A DNA stretch of 64,000 nt from Tubiluchus corallicola (GCA_030141605.1 JAQGDQ010000413.1:1-64000); one strand, 5' to 3'; counted from the first letter of the stretch, positions 25,871 to 39,162 are shown. Numbers and translations are program-made. The notes: generated by a model not told the origin, from the sequence alone.

Positions 25871-26726
25871 CCACCTATCTTCTTAACCAATAACTACTTA
25901 CTACCTTTATCGGACCAAGTAGTACTCAAGATGTTTTTATCCCGCAATAAAAACGCGAGTAAATACCTTCGCATAATTAAGTGTACAGCGAACAGCTTGA
26001 CTTGAAACGGGAAACGTGCGTTAACAAAAACCGTAGACCATTAACTACAATAATTGATTATGTGCTTATGTGCGTGTAATTAATGGAATGGCGCCGAATA
26101 AAAAATTGACTCTTGAAACAGCTGCTGCAAACTTAGCAACAGTTTGACACGTCGCTACATAAATGTGTTTGTACAGGGCGGACCGAAAACACTTATCTTT
26201 CATGCAGTTGGCAAGCATTGTTTATAAATTGCCATTGTTCTTACATCATTCTAAACATTATCAGTGAACTGTGCATCTTCAGAATGAAATTTTAATTTGA
26301 AATTTTCAATGTTCCGTGCAACAAAAACAGCATTCCAAATAAGTTTTAGTGTTAAGGCCTGATATTATTTTTCTGGAGTCCCTCAAGTGACATGGCTTTC
26401 ACCATTTGTTTGACATAGTCAGCGTAAAAGAAATAGACGATAGTTTGAAAAATAGCGCAACACATGAGTGAAGGAATTGAGGTTAAATTACAGTCGCGTA
26501 TGATGTTGGAAAGCATTCAAATATCTGCTCAAATATACAGGTTCATGTATTTAGTTCCCAGCTTGATTTGGCTACTAAGTAAAATAAAGTGTATTAGTCC
26601 AGATAAAGATTGTGTTTTGTGGCGAACTTTTCCATGTGGTGAGAACATTATTAGTTCTGAAATTCTACACCAGGTGGCTACTTACAGTTGCACCCACAAA
26701 AAGTGAGTAACGGTAGATTATCAGCT

Positions 26727-26987
26727 CAGTCAGTCGGTCGGTCGGTCGGTCAGTCAGTCAGTCAGTCAGTCAGTCAGTCAGTCAGTCAGTCAGTCAGTCA
26801 GTCAGTCAGTCAGTCAGTCAGTCAGTCAGTCAGTCAGTCAGTCAGTCAGTCAGTCAGTCAGTCAGTCAGTCAGTCAGTCAGTCAGTCAGTTAGTCAGTCC
26901 GTCAGTCAGTCAGTCAGTCAGTCAGTCAGTCAGTCAGTCAGTCAGCCAGCCGGCCAGCCAGCCAGTCAGTCAGTTAGTCAGCCAGTC
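26727..26987. repeat. (TCAG)n microsatellite
   Basis: Direct inspection. Confidence 0.97.
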
Positions 26988-27559
26988 AATGAGGTAGTTA
27001 ATCAGCCAGGATAGGATAGGAACATAAAAATGAATACGTCTCTCAACAGACTAGGAAAAACTGAGACTTATTCTATTTGTTTATGCCAGTTGGCGAATTG
27101 TATTATCTTCTCCAAAGTTCATTGTACGGGGAGATCTGGATAACCCCATCGCTTTCGTCAAGTGTTGGGAATTCACTTTACAGCTTAATATGGCTGGAAC
27201 TAACTTTCAAGTTGTCACACTAATTACCGATGCTCATCGTGATGTTGTGGGAAGCAGAGCATGATTAATGATCGCGCAGAAGGACGCAGCGATCAAGACT
27301 TAGCAAGAGGTTGCGTTAAGCATCGTGTTAGGCTAATGCTTACAAGCTTACAAGCTGACAGACAACCTATAAATCTCCAACACTAACTTCAATTTACAAA
27401 TCTTCGTTCTGTGCACAGCGTCGGATACCATCTCCTGACGTAAATTCAAAATCTTTATCTCGTGATAGAGCTTGACTCCTGGCAAATAGGATGCAGAGTT
27501 CCTGTAGTGTGAAGATTAGATGTTACCGCAGAGTGCGATCCTGGTGTCAAGGATTAGAG

Positions 27560-27990
27560 ACAAGCTCATGTGGAATACATGTTGCACGTCCATAGAAACT
27601 GAGATTGTCCATAAGAGAATACCACAACACCATTAGATATACCAGTCAGTAAATATGACAGATTTATAGAAACAAGCGCGTTAACTCTTCTGATTGGAAG
27701 ATAATGGAAATCATTTAAATACAGGATAGGTACAACTGATTCAGATCTGTGTGTTTGCGGTTTGGGCAGTCAAACCCCCAGAACATTTAATTTTTCATTG
27801 TCCGTTACCATTTTCATTGTCCGTTACCATTTGTTAGACAAGATATAAGAGTGAATCTCGAACGCGGCTTAGAAAGTAATGACATTCGAAACATTTACAG
27901 AAAGAGAGACACTAATGTAATTAAAATGTATGTAGATATAGTAAAAGAACTTACCCAATATGATCTTATAGTAAATTGATTATACTGGCA
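27560..27990 (+). mobile_element. Decayed I/Nimb/R1-group LINE 3' fragment with a C-terminal CCHC zinc knuckle
   Basis: 27708-27804 translates as KSFKYRIGTTDSDLCVCGLGSQTP/EHLIFHCP (one frameshift). Boundaries are approximate. Confidence 0.7.
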
Positions 27991-28444
27991 TACTGTTTAT
28001 GTAAGAATGATATCAACATAAGATTATTTATGTATGTAGAAATTGGTAATTGTGAAGATGAAGTATGAAGAATTTAATGCAAAAATTTATTTATTGTACA
28101 TAATGTGCTTTAACATTTTTGTACTTATGTGCCCTGCAAATAGAGGGCTTTTTGCATCATTCTGAAGAAGATTTTTAATAACACGAATCAAATAATAACA
28201 ATCACATAAGAGAACATCGTAATTAATTGTAGAAAGAACTAGGAACTCTTTTTTCAGGAAAGATGACAGGGCACTTGGTAGAAATCGTTCGTCTGTTACG
28301 GCTTTTTCAAGGGTTCAATTTTTCTTTGGAGATTTTTTCTACTGAAACAACTGTCTCTTTCTGTTCTCATCAATACCGTTCACATAAGTTGAGATATTAA
28401 TAGTCCCCCAAAGTTCAGCCATGTATATATATATATATGTTGCT

Positions 28445-29030
28445 CATCTAAGTATGTAGGCTCATATATGTATATAGATGGGTGGCAACGCTTGATTCTC
28501 CGAAACAAAGGAGGCATATAAAATAGGCGTTGTGTAACTGTTCAAACGTGACACCTGAATTGAATCGCCAGCGACACATTTAAGTTTAGAAATTTTGAAT
28601 TTAAAATTTGCGAAATTTTTGCAGAAGTGGGCGAAAAATTTGCAGAAAGTTTTTAATTTGAAAATTTCCCAAAATATGACGCCATCAGTAGCTGTCTTCA
28701 TTGACCATAGATTACAATTTTAAGCTGTTATTTCATTTATGAAAATACTTTCATAATTATAGTAAAAATAAAAGCCGTCCTGTTTCACTTAAAATACGTA
28801 AGACTCAGTTTCCAGAATATTTCCAAAATGGCAGGATCTTGGCGGCCATCTTGATCGTTGATTTTGTATATTGATTTTCTGCTATGCACTAATCATAATA
28901 GTCATTCATATGCAAGGTTTTTCACATTGACTAGATAGATATTTTATTTCTGAAAATCAAATTTCCAACACGAAAATTACAAACTCGACGCATACCCGAT
29001 GGTTTTATCAGCGGGCACAGCTCGGGTAAT
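28445..29030 (+). mobile_element. Possible non-autonomous Helitron/Helentron remnant
   Basis: ccaaaatggc..ggcggccatcttg motifs, repeated gaaattt, and a hairpin-like cccgatgg..agcggg near the end. Termini are not intact. Confidence 0.3.
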
Positions 29031-29583
29031 GATTTCCAGATCATACTAACCATTTAACTCAACATAGCTGCACAAGGTATATACACAGATATACAAATTT
29101 AGTTGTAAACTCATGAAGCAAAAAAAACTATTTACTAAGCATTTGTACACATGTGATAAACAAATATTTTACTTATATGATAATCACAGTGATGCGGTTA
29201 TATGTCCGCTAACAAAGCTATACTATTTAATTCAAAAATCTATGCATACAGTCCGTAAATGAAATTTCCAATTGACATTAATTCTCCATCAAATAAACTT
29301 GCAATATTACTATAATTTAACGCGTATTTATTAATACTACTAAGATGCTAGAGTACCAAGTACTTGCTAAATTCAAGATGATGCTGAGATGCTGAATGTG
29401 GACATTCATTACCGTGTCATTATTTTAACAGTTCAGCTCTATCAATCACTCTCACGCAGTTAGTTTAATACACTTGTTGGCAATTAACATTAACGCTAGG
29501 CGTGTGGTAAACCAACTCACTACCAGTGTTCATTAACAACTCGCTAATGTCTTTGCTAGTTTCTTTGCGTTGCAATAATGACT

Positions 29584-29800
29584 GGTAAGAGCGGTTTCAG
29601 TCTCAATGTGGCGGATTCAGGTAAGAGCGGTTTCAGTCTCAATGTGGCGGATTCAGGTAAGAGCGGTTTCAGTCTCAATGTGGCGGATTCAGGTAAGAGC
29701 TGTTTCAGTCTCAATGTGGCGGATTCAGGTAAGAGCGGTTTCAGTCTCAATGTGGCGGATTCAGGTAAGAGCGGTTTCAGTCTCAATGTGGCGGATTCAG
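29584..29800. repeat. 36-bp minisatellite, 6 near-perfect copies
   Basis: Unit ggtaagagcggtttcagtctcaatgtggcggattca; one substitution seen in the whole array. Confidence 0.98.
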
Positions 29801-30027
29801 CTTTAGGGTAAGTTGAAGTTCGTGACGGACCGCTCCGGGCACCCCTTTGCCATTAAAAGGGCCTGTCTCACATATAGGAAGTTTTTCTATTAGACTTACA
29901 GGCACTGTTTGATTCAGCTTTAGGGTAAGTTGAAGTTCGTGACGGACCGCTCCGGGCACCCCTTTGCCATTAAAAGGGTCTGTCTCACATATAGGAAGTT
30001 TTTCTATTAGACATACAGGCACTGTTT
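29794..30027. repeat. 117-bp direct tandem duplication
   Basis: gattcagctttagggtaag...acaggcactgttt at 29794 and 29911, with two mismatches. Confidence 0.97.
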
Positions 30028-30540
30028 TTGAGACATTATCTTCGTATAACTGGCAACTTCAGAAAAGAAGCTTTTTCTGTCAGAACTATTTGAAGTCTTC
30101 AGAACCAATAGATACACTTGCCCTTTTTTTGGGTATTCATTATTTAACTACATTTTTGTTCATTTGCTGCATTTTAGTTCACTCGCTGCATTTATGATTT
30201 AACCAGATTGCTTGCATTTTTTGTTGTTGCATTCATGACTTGTTCAGTTGTTGTTTTAATTTTTAACTGCATTATTTGCTTGCTTTTTTCCATTGGTATA
30301 ATTATAATATAACTGCTTTGCGTTTTGTTTATTTGCTACACTTAAGACCTAATTACGTATTATTCACTTAACCATGTAGTCTGCCGTGCTTTATACTATT
30401 CCTAAGTTATATAGGGGTGGCTGACTCGATGACCTCCTGGTCTTTCTCTACATACTTTGCATAATTTGTTGTATTTGCGCTATAAATATTATATTAGAGA
30501 TAAATAAACCTTTTGAATTTAATTTGAATTGAATTAAATT
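29980..30540 (+). mobile_element. Crack/L2-group LINE 3' end
   Basis: Peptide SHIGSFSIRHTG; T-rich UTR; gactcgatgacctcctggtc stem region; aataaa plus a (ttgaa)n tail. Confidence 0.65.
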
Positions 30541-31394
30541 GCCATTGGAAGAGCTTTTTGCGATTTTTGCGGGAAAGAGACGAGCGCGTTCACAAGCGAT
30601 GAAAGTGGTTACTTCCACAAATAGTGCTACTTTACCTTCTGTTTATACTAAACACCATAATAAACTTAAGCCATTAGCAAAGGCATTAAACACCATGTCT
30701 GTAAATCACACTGGATTCTCAGAAAACTAAAAATGTAACTGCAGGAGCTAGTTATATTACATTACAAGTTAATATGACAAATACGATTTTGCAAAAGATT
30801 TTTTGTGAAAATCATTTAATGCTCTACAGATACTTTCGCCACTAAACGGGGTTGTCCATGCAGGCCCCTCCTCCGCCAGATGAAACAATTGCGATCTGGA
30901 TTTTCGAATTAATGCAAAAAGAGGCGTATATATTGCGTATTCATGATCATACATTGTACATACACAAACTATACATATACGTTGTATGATCATGATTTCA
31001 TCTATGTATAGCTAGCAAAATTCAACAGGTAATTTATTTAAATGATTGGTTCATTTAACCAAAAAAAAACTACAAAACTCAAAGCTCTTGTAGTAGGTGA
31101 TTTTAGAAATTATTTTACTCAGTAAAAATGTACTGAGTAGGCCAAATTGTGGGACTAGATGACTTCATAGTAAAATTATAACGAAATATTTATTTACCAT
31201 AGCTCTTTTAATACGACACACAGTCATACACCAGTTATCAACTAACATAGGATGAAATCACAACACACAACAGAAGAAAGAATACAGTGGCAATCAGAAA
31301 TTTTGTCGATGTTTGAACCCGAGTCTAAAGATTCGATACATACTCATCTGCCACAAACAAATGTCTGTTATACAGTCTGAAGAAATAAAAAAAT

Positions 31395-31810
31395 GCTACA
31401 ACATCTCTATTAGAAATAGATGATTTTTTAAATATTCTTATGACGCTAGTGCTAGAAACATTACAACGAATCTTAGTATTAGATAGTTCGATGTTATCAA
31501 TAGAAAGTGTGGAGTTAGTCTTTGTAACAGACTTGCTATTAGTGAGAATGATATTTGTGAGCATTTAAGTGAATATGATGTGTTTTTTACTTACTCCATT
31601 AGAAAGAAATGGATAGAAGTTCTTTATTGTTTTCGGTAATGCCTTGTCGATGTAATTTTTTTATAGTTTATTCATTCATTTACTTTGTGTATCACTAATT
31701 AAGTCAGAATTGTAAATATTTATAACTGTTGTATGTAACTTTTGTCCTGAATGTAATTTTGTATATATGAACCCAGAGTTTGCAATAAAGACCTAAATCA
31801 AATCAAAATC
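31395..31810 (+). mobile_element. RTE-X LINE 3' fragment
   Basis: FFKYSYDASARNITTNLSIR*FDVINRKCGVSLCNRLAISENDICEHL..SIRKKWIEVLY aligns with the C-terminus of the 38344 ORF; aataaa plus an (aaatc)n tail. Confidence 0.8.
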
Positions 31811-31856
31811 TGTCGTCTGCTACGTAATTCACCCGGCCAACTAGGGTGTACTTGTG

Positions 31857-32389
31857 CTGGGCCGGACTGTGACCTTTGGGGCCCCTATGTTAACAAAATT
31901 GTGAGGGCCCTCAGACAGAGCCAACGTCTAACTCACCCGCAACAGTCTCGAATATTTGTTACTTGTGATACATTTTAGCCACACTAACACAACTTCAAGT
32001 AAGCTCCTCTTTGAATAGTTTTGTCTGTGTAGTTTTTTCTTCATTGTAATGTACTGCATTGTTTATGTAACGCTTTGTAACCTGTACTTGAAATTTTAAT
32101 TGAATGCCTTGTAACTTGTAATTGCAATTTTAATTGTATGGCTTGTAAATAGTCAATAAATAAAAACAAATAAATAAACTAGAATAGCTGTCTTTTGTTT
32201 GTTGGTAAAATTATTCTTTAAGAAATATCAATATTTTACTATTTATTACAAACCAAATTAGCACATATTTCAACACAACCGTAGTGAAAAAAACAGATTT
32301 TTCTATCAAATGCTACCAAACTCGAGGACCCACAAGCTCAAGGGGTCCTAGGCTGGAGCCTATCCTACCCTATAGGACAATCCGACTCT
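31857..32389. mobile_element. Degenerate hAT-type MITE with a nested LINE tail (~31950-32180)
   Basis: Ends ctgggccggact / aatccgactctg resemble CAGGGCCGGATT-type TIRs; subterminal ggggcccc motifs; no TSD. Confidence 0.4.
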
Positions 32390-32626
32390 GTGTAACCTAT
32401 GTATGACGCGTAGCTTTGCCATGAAGCCAACACATCCATTAGCAGACGTTTAGATATCCAAACTTTACCTAGTTATTGGATCATGACAAACTAAAATTAA
32501 TATTAGGCTCAAACGATTTAGAAATTCTCCAAATTGCTTGTAATTTTGTTTTAAAATGTGTCAGTTCGTGAATGTAATTATTACAAATTTAAGAAAAACG
32601 AGCTATATATATATATATATATATAC

Positions 32627-32959
32627 TGTTACGAAGGCAGATTTTGACCAACCCCCTAATGTTAGTAATGGGTATGGTTGAGAAGCCCAGTAATGCAAAT
32701 GTACCTGCATAAAACAGAATGCATGCCGTAATTTGACGATTCCAACCTGGTTTTTCTGTCTGTAAAGGTGAATGCTGTAGGTTTGCTGATTTTTATACAA
32801 AAGTCTGTTCACATGTCATGGAGCTACTGGTTGTGTATTAAAGTTTATTTTACATTCGTATTCTTTTTACTTTTCTCGTCTGCTGTAAAGTATTTCATAA
32901 CTTGTATGCCGCTCTATACATCCTGAGACGCATCCGCGCCGGAACCCGGATCCGTTACA
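32627..32959 (+). mobile_element. Solo LTR (Gypsy-like), 333 bp, inserted in (TA)n
   Basis: TGTTACG...CCGTTACA termini; attaaa at 32837; it splits a TA tract (flanks atac/atat). Confidence 0.7.
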
Positions 32960-32968
32960 ATATATATA

Positions 32969-33243
32969 TAATGAACATCACTTATGTAAACTAAATACTA
33001 CATGTGTATGCAACTATCTTAAATTTGTGTTTATGTATATTGATGTTGTACCATTGGGTTTATACATCAAGGTTTGATGTTGTGTCTTTGGTTTAAATTG
33101 TTGAGTTTGACTTGTATAAATGTGTACTTAATAACGTGGTATAGGTTTTTTGTAGTGCTGTATATGTGTGTAATTGTATCTTTATAATTGATGTGAGCAT
33201 TGTATGATTTGTAATTGTGATTACTCAAGAAAATATAAATATA
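32969..33243 (+). mobile_element. Second copy of the 20305-20575 dispersed repeat
   Basis: Colinear, high similarity. Confidence 0.85.
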
Positions 33244-33254
33244 TAGTGTTGATC

Positions 33255-33527
33255 CAGGGCCTATTTCAGGGGGGGGAGTGGGGATACTTCCCCGGGGCGT
33301 CACCTTTCAGGGGGCCTCGCGCCGAGGTAACATTTTTTTGTTTTATGCGAACATACCGTATAACTCCATATTTTCTCTTCGAAAATGTTTCTCCGGCGTT
33401 CTAGCAGTTCAAAAATTTTTTGGGCGCCAACCATGGTGGCGCCCGCCCCCCGGCGTTTCGCCCCAACCCCGAGGGGGCCTCACACGCCCCACTTCCCTGC
33501 ACCTCGCTTAGGCTGAAATAGACCCTG
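33255..33527 (+). mobile_element. hAT MITE, short form (273 bp)
   Basis: TIR cagggcctatttcag / ctgaaatagaccctg; perfect 8-bp TSD tgttgatc. Confidence 0.95.
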
Positions 33528-35307
33528 TGTTGATCTAAATGGAAATTATAAACCTATACAAAGAAAAGATTGCTAAGTTATTGCTCCGGGACTCCCCGGC
33601 ACCCCAATGAGCTTTTCTACCAATCCTCCATCGCACTTTGCGTTGATTGGGATGATTTATAACCGTTGATGATTTTTCGTGTTTTGGGACTTGGTGCTGG
33701 ATCCACTAATATAAACACACATTCATCATCATTAGCTCGAGTCTGAGAAGAAGCCTATACCCCAATAGACTCATGCAAAGAAGATGATTTGTAACAGAAC
33801 TCATAACCTTCACTTGTCACTGTAGGGGGCGCTGCAGGAGTGTCCAAAGAGAAGAGGAAGATTGGAGGAGTGCCATGAGATTAAGTGATATAAAGGAAAT
33901 GACAAAAAAATTAAAAAATTTGTTCGCATTCAGTGGTTTAGTACTGGCAGTTTTGACTAAAAGTTGAACAAAAGTACCTTTAATAATTAAAGAATAATTC
34001 GTTATTTTATCAAAGGTAGGTTAAGCAATAATTCACTTTAACCTTGTATTAAAAAAATTAGGATTAAAGTGAATAATCTAATCAATGTAATCCAATTAGC
34101 TGATTATAACTGAAATATTTTTTGACATGTTACATACTAATTTTGGCTTATCATAGTGCCATATTTACATTTGATATCTATAGTAGGCCTACATATCAAC
34201 TTCCAAACAACTACAATTTATAAACAATATGCTATGTATAACTTGGAAATAAATGTTTATGTACAGCAAAACAGAACGGTAGAGAAACTGTAGTGATAGA
34301 CCCAACAAAAGTACAATTTTTTATGTAAACCTGCATTTCTGAAATTAACGTAGTTTTCTATATGTGATTCATATGTGATTTTATAGTTTTACGTTTTTTA
34401 GTGAGCCAGGGATGCAGACTGGGATGGTGATACAGTGACGTTTTACCAGTTGGCGCGAACATGTTAAATTATTAAGAATTTTCTTTTCCAATTTCATAAG
34501 TCTTTCAAACGGTAAGTGTAATGCTAAGTAATATAACCTTGTATAAGAAGACCTTTGGGATGTATTTTAAGCTGATTCGTAAAATACAGTGTTAGTATGG
34601 TGACTTGGTTCTAAAAAAGAAACCACGGCTTTATCTCCCAAGTTGCTGGAGAGTCGTTAGAAGCCGGCGCACCGTCTATCCTCTCACGTTACGCAATCTT
34701 TCACGACCACACAGCTTCTTATTGCCAAAGTTAATAGCCACATCCACGCTATTTCGTCCTTATCTTATCCACTCAAAATTATTTTACAGAGAAATCTGCC
34801 AGCTAACAGCGACATTATCGTGTCAAAAATGAGCTTTCCTGTGTTATCCGTTCTCGACAAGTGTTTTTATAATACGCTCGTGACGATTTGGACTATCATT
34901 AGCAGCAACTGAAGGCTTGACGGTCGGAGTAGTGAATAACGCAAACAATGGGCTAAATTCTGACAGATTACGACATATATTACTATCGTTACCATTAAAG
35001 TGCCATAAATAAGGATTGTTGAACGTCTGCCACTGAGCCTAATCCAGACATGATGACATTGTGAGAAGTTATCACGTGAAAAAACCCGGACATAACCATC
35101 TCGTAAAAGGAGGTTCAACAGTAGAGTTTACTGTAGAGTAGAGTTAAGTCCACTCTCGACTTAAGACTTTATTATATTTGTAGTCGTTTTAAATAAGCTA
35201 AAGCGTAATAATTGCCAGAAAAGAATGGGATATTTGGTAGCATAACAGGTTGAAAAGAAACATATTTGTAAGATATATAACGACAAGCAAACATTCAACA
35301 TTTTAAA

Positions 35308-35545
35308 GCACAAAATACGACACAACACGACACAACAAAGCATAAAACAACACAACACAACACAACGCAGCACAACACAACACAATGCAGCACAACACAA
35401 CACAACGCAGCACAACACAACACAACACAAGGCAGCACAACACAACTCAGCACAACATTGCATAGCATAGCATAGCTCAACACAATGCAAAACAGTACTG
35501 AACACAGCACGTCACAACGACAAGACAGCACAGCACAGTAGAACA
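35308..35545. repeat. Degenerate (CACAA/CACAG)n pentanucleotide repeat
   Basis: Direct inspection. Confidence 0.9.
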
Positions 35546-36038
35546 AAGCTTGGCACAATATAATAAAATATGACACAGCACAGTTCAATATAGCACTTCT
35601 TTTCACAGAACTTAAGTCAAAAACAATAAAGAAGGCTAAAAAAATCAACGTTTTTTGAACGAAAAATGACAAAATTAAAGACTTTGCGAAACATTGTTGA
35701 CGAGAATTGGATTTTTTCAGGTTTTCACAGACGTTCTTTCCTAAGTTGTGTTTAGTGAAGCATGCTTGTTCACTTTCATTCTTTCAAAGATTCATCTCAA
35801 GAAATTGCCTGTCAACATGTCACAGAAATTAGATTTTACAGTCGAGTATAAAATGAATTTAATGAATCCCCCACGTCAAAATGGGATTAGTTACATTTTG
35901 CGAAAACTAAATCCAGCAATCCAACTGCGTCAATTGAAGTTTAAATTAATGATCGGTAGCCGTGAATTTATAACGTAAAGCTCAGCTTTTACAACTTGTT
36001 TTGTTTATATCTTTGCTTGATTAAAAATTAGACTGGAC

Positions 36039-36147
36039 GCATTGTCTCCTGGCGCATTGTCTCCTGACGCATTGTCTCCTGATGCATTGTCTCCTGGCGC
36101 ATTGTCTCCTGGTGCATTGTCTCCTGGCGCATTGTCTCCTAGCGCAT
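36039..36147. repeat. 15-bp tandem repeat, ~7 copies; resembles a DNA-transposon subterminal array
   Basis: Unit gcattgtctcctg(g/a)(c/t). Confidence 0.9.
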
Positions 36148-37878
36148 TAAACCATTTTCGCTTCTTAAATGATATTAATTCGGGAATTATATTCACCAGG
36201 TCAAAATGAAATTTTACATGCATAATTACTGTTAATTTCTCATTTGTACAAAAATATTTAACAGTAGCAATAATTAAAAGTAAATTTAAAAATTTAAATA
36301 CCTGATGTTAATCACCTTTTTAATCTTTTGAGTTGATTATTCAGTTTGTTGCCAATGTTTTTGCTTTAATTTCGATTGTTTTACTTGTGCAAAACCAATA
36401 CAAGAAACCTTCACTTGTATTAGCAGTTGCTACGTGTTTGTCTATGTGTTTTGTGATAGGCTAAAAACAAAAGCTTGCGTGTCCAATACACTGCAAGTAG
36501 TTTTCGGCAGGAAGATATAAAAGTAATCATTACTCGAATTTACAAGTCGTAACTCTATGACAATTTATGTGATAGTAATACTGCCTGAAAATAAAAATCC
36601 CACAACTACTTTTTGGCCTTATTTTTGGAAAATAAATTAGTTTTAGGCCTGTAGGTATGCTACCATCAGTATAATATAGCAACTGCTTCTTCCCAACGAT
36701 GTATTAAAGTTTTATTGCGTTTTCTCTTCTTTTTCTGTTATCAAACCGACCTTTTGGGTTCCCCTCCTAGAAGACTGAGCTTCCCTTTTTAGAAATAAAC
36801 AATTAATGAATCTCTTTCTGTTCGTTCTTACATGGTCCAGTCTTATCCAGTCGATAACTGGGAGTTATAACATCACGTATTTTACTTAATGTAGTTTTAC
36901 CTAAAGTACTAATGGAGATAAGAAATGACGCTGTTATTAAACTGAAAAGGTAATGTTAAGTTGTTATTTTCATATAAACCAAAGGCGAGAAGACGCTTAG
37001 CACAGTATAAGACCACCTTCTAGTTTGCCAAGAGAATCTCAAAGTATAGAGATGGCTTGATGAGATTTCATGCTTAACTGTGTGTATTAAGTACCCAAAT
37101 CGAAAACACACCTTAGCCAGGTAAGAAAGATAACCGAGATGGTGTGAGGAAAAGGTGCTGAAGTTGAAAATGGTAATTAGAGACCGACGAGTAAAGTTAC
37201 TTCTGGTTAACTGATCAAACGAGCACGCCGAATGAATGAAAGCAGCAAAAAGCACGGCGAGCGTCGGAATTCGACTCAAATCCCGGATTAAAATAGTCGG
37301 TTTCTAGCGGCGGTCAGATCAAATAGAATCACTCTGCTTCTAAGTTATGAATCGGACTGTTATTAATTAAAATACACCTTATATCTTTTCTCTGCACGTG
37401 TGTCTACAGTTTTCCAGTTTCAAACACTCCAGGTTATAAGAAAATATTCAACTATTTAAGTCTTGACTTCGCTGTATTTTAATACCAATACTTATTGTCT
37501 TAGATGCCCCAAACTATACCAGTGGCTACACAAGGTAAGGGGCTTCCGTTAGAATGTCAAAATTTGAGTACAGATTCAGAACTTTTGTAATTAATTGCTA
37601 GTTGTGCATGTGTTCTTCTTTGGTTTAAATCAGCAAGAAGACAATTTTCTAATAAATAATTCCATAAATAAGTGACCCGATAAAAAATCATGATTTAAAA
37701 GCTTCGGAGATTTGCAACCAGAAAATGTCAAGGCAATATTGCGAAAGGCAGCAGAAAGTGTTATCGGTAAAAGCTTCGGGGATGCATCCCGAGATTTGGT
37801 TGTTTTTCATAAATTATGATAACAATGCTAACAATATTAACAGAACAAACAAAAAGAAGCCTGAGGAAGAGAAGGCAA

Positions 37879-37881
37879 AAG

Positions 37882-37931
<50 letters not shown>

Positions 37932-37978
37932 AGGGAGACAGAGAGAAAGAGAGAGAGAGTGAGAGAGAGAGGAAGAGC

Positions 37979-38050
<72 letters not shown>

Positions 38051-38071
38051 AAGAGAGAGAGAGAGAGTGAA

Positions 38072-38102
<31 letters not shown>

Positions 38103-38151
38103 AAGAGGAAGCGAGAGAGAGAGAAAGAGGAAGCGAGAGAGAGAGACAGAC

Positions 38152-38206
<55 letters not shown>
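37879..38206. repeat. (GA)n microsatellite, left part of an array split by a LINE (right part 39158-39271)
   Basis: Direct inspection. Confidence 0.95.
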
Positions 38207-38212
<6 letters not shown>

Positions 38213-39157
38213 ATTTTTTTTTATTTAATTCTTTATTTCAAACATAAGTTCATAATTTAAATTACATATATACAACATACAACATCATAAAAACAAAAAA
38301 CCACTACAAACAAATCACACACAAACTTAGTTAAATATGAAAATTACAATAATAGTCTCCACCATTGCTGTCTTATGTGCGATGTAAATTTGGCATCGCT
38401 TACTAAAATTTTCTGGCACATTAAATTATCACTAGTATCAAATCTTTTCATTAAACTTAACACAGATTTTCTATGTAGTACATCAAAATACATCACGCGA
38501 ATTTCAACACTCATCTCACGAGCACTGTAATCATATGCATATCCGAAAAATAATCTTTTGGACACATTGTGCGCAATTTTGAGTTTTAAGATATTACCAT
38601 TATTAAAATGTCTCCAAGTAGACATGCAATAGAATGTATTACAGTAAGCATTAAATAAATATCTTTTAACATCAACAGAACAATAGCTGAATTTTCTAAT
38701 AAGTTGGTTTGTACGACAGTAGTATAAGGATCTTTGATTAATAATGTCAAGGTCATCTCGGTTATCATTTGAAAAAATATGTCCCAAATATTTTTCATTA
38801 TCACAGGTACGTAAAACATTATTATCTAGTTTGATGTTACCAAACATAAACTTTCTCATGATGTTTGAATTAACAGACATAAGTTTAGTTTTAGCTACAT
38901 TAATTTTCATGTCATACTGTTCAGCATACAATTTATACACGTCTAGTAGTTTCTGTAGGGCCGTAATCGTTGTCGCTAACAAACAAACATCGTCAGCGTA
39001 CATCAGGTGGTTCATAACCATGTTCGACACATTGCAACCAAGTTGGGTGGATGAAAGCTTAACACTTAGATCTTTAAAATAAAAATTAAAAAGAAATGGT
39101 GACATCTTGCCACCTTGGCGTACTCCATTTCCAATATTAAAAGTTGTAGACTGACTA
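38207..39157 (-). mobile_element. 5'-truncated RTE-X non-LTR retrotransposon inserted in (GA)n
   Basis: RT ORF, short 3' UTR and aataaa/A-rich tail at 38207-38238; (GA)n on both sides. Confidence 0.9.
38344..39156 (-). CDS. Reverse transcriptase C-terminal half (5'-truncated, ~270 uninterrupted codons), RTE-X-like
   Basis: GVRQGGKMSPFLFNFY, YADD, KIN.AKTK and KYLG motifs, plus the RTE-X-type D.DI..Q....Y.R.N.L.RKF..CS..VK..LF..YC C-terminus. The frame stays open upstream of the Met at 39105. Confidence 0.93.
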   Translation of the reverse strand, partial: SQSTTFNIGNGVRQGGKMSPFLFNFYFKDLSVKLSSTQLGCNVSNMVMNHLMYADDVCLLATTITALQKLLDVYKLYAEQYDMKINVAKTKLMSVNSNIMRKFMFGNIKLDNNVLRTCDNEKYLGHIFSNDNRDDLDIINQRSLYYCRTNQLIRKFSYCSVDVKRYLFNAYCNTFYCMSTWRHFNNGNILKLKIAHNVSKRLFFGYAYDYSAREMSVEIRVMYFDVLHRKSVLSLMKRFDTSDNLMCQKILVSDAKFTSHIRQQWWRLLL

Positions 39158-39162
39158 GAGAG

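Noticed and set aside
29584-29800. CRISPR-like 36-bp repeats
   Set aside because: Repeats are head-to-tail with no spacers, in a eukaryotic context with no cas genes.
36956-37279. 107-aa ORF with a signal-peptide-like N-terminus
   Set aside because: Starts at TTG, has no domain or splice support, and its length is within chance expectation.
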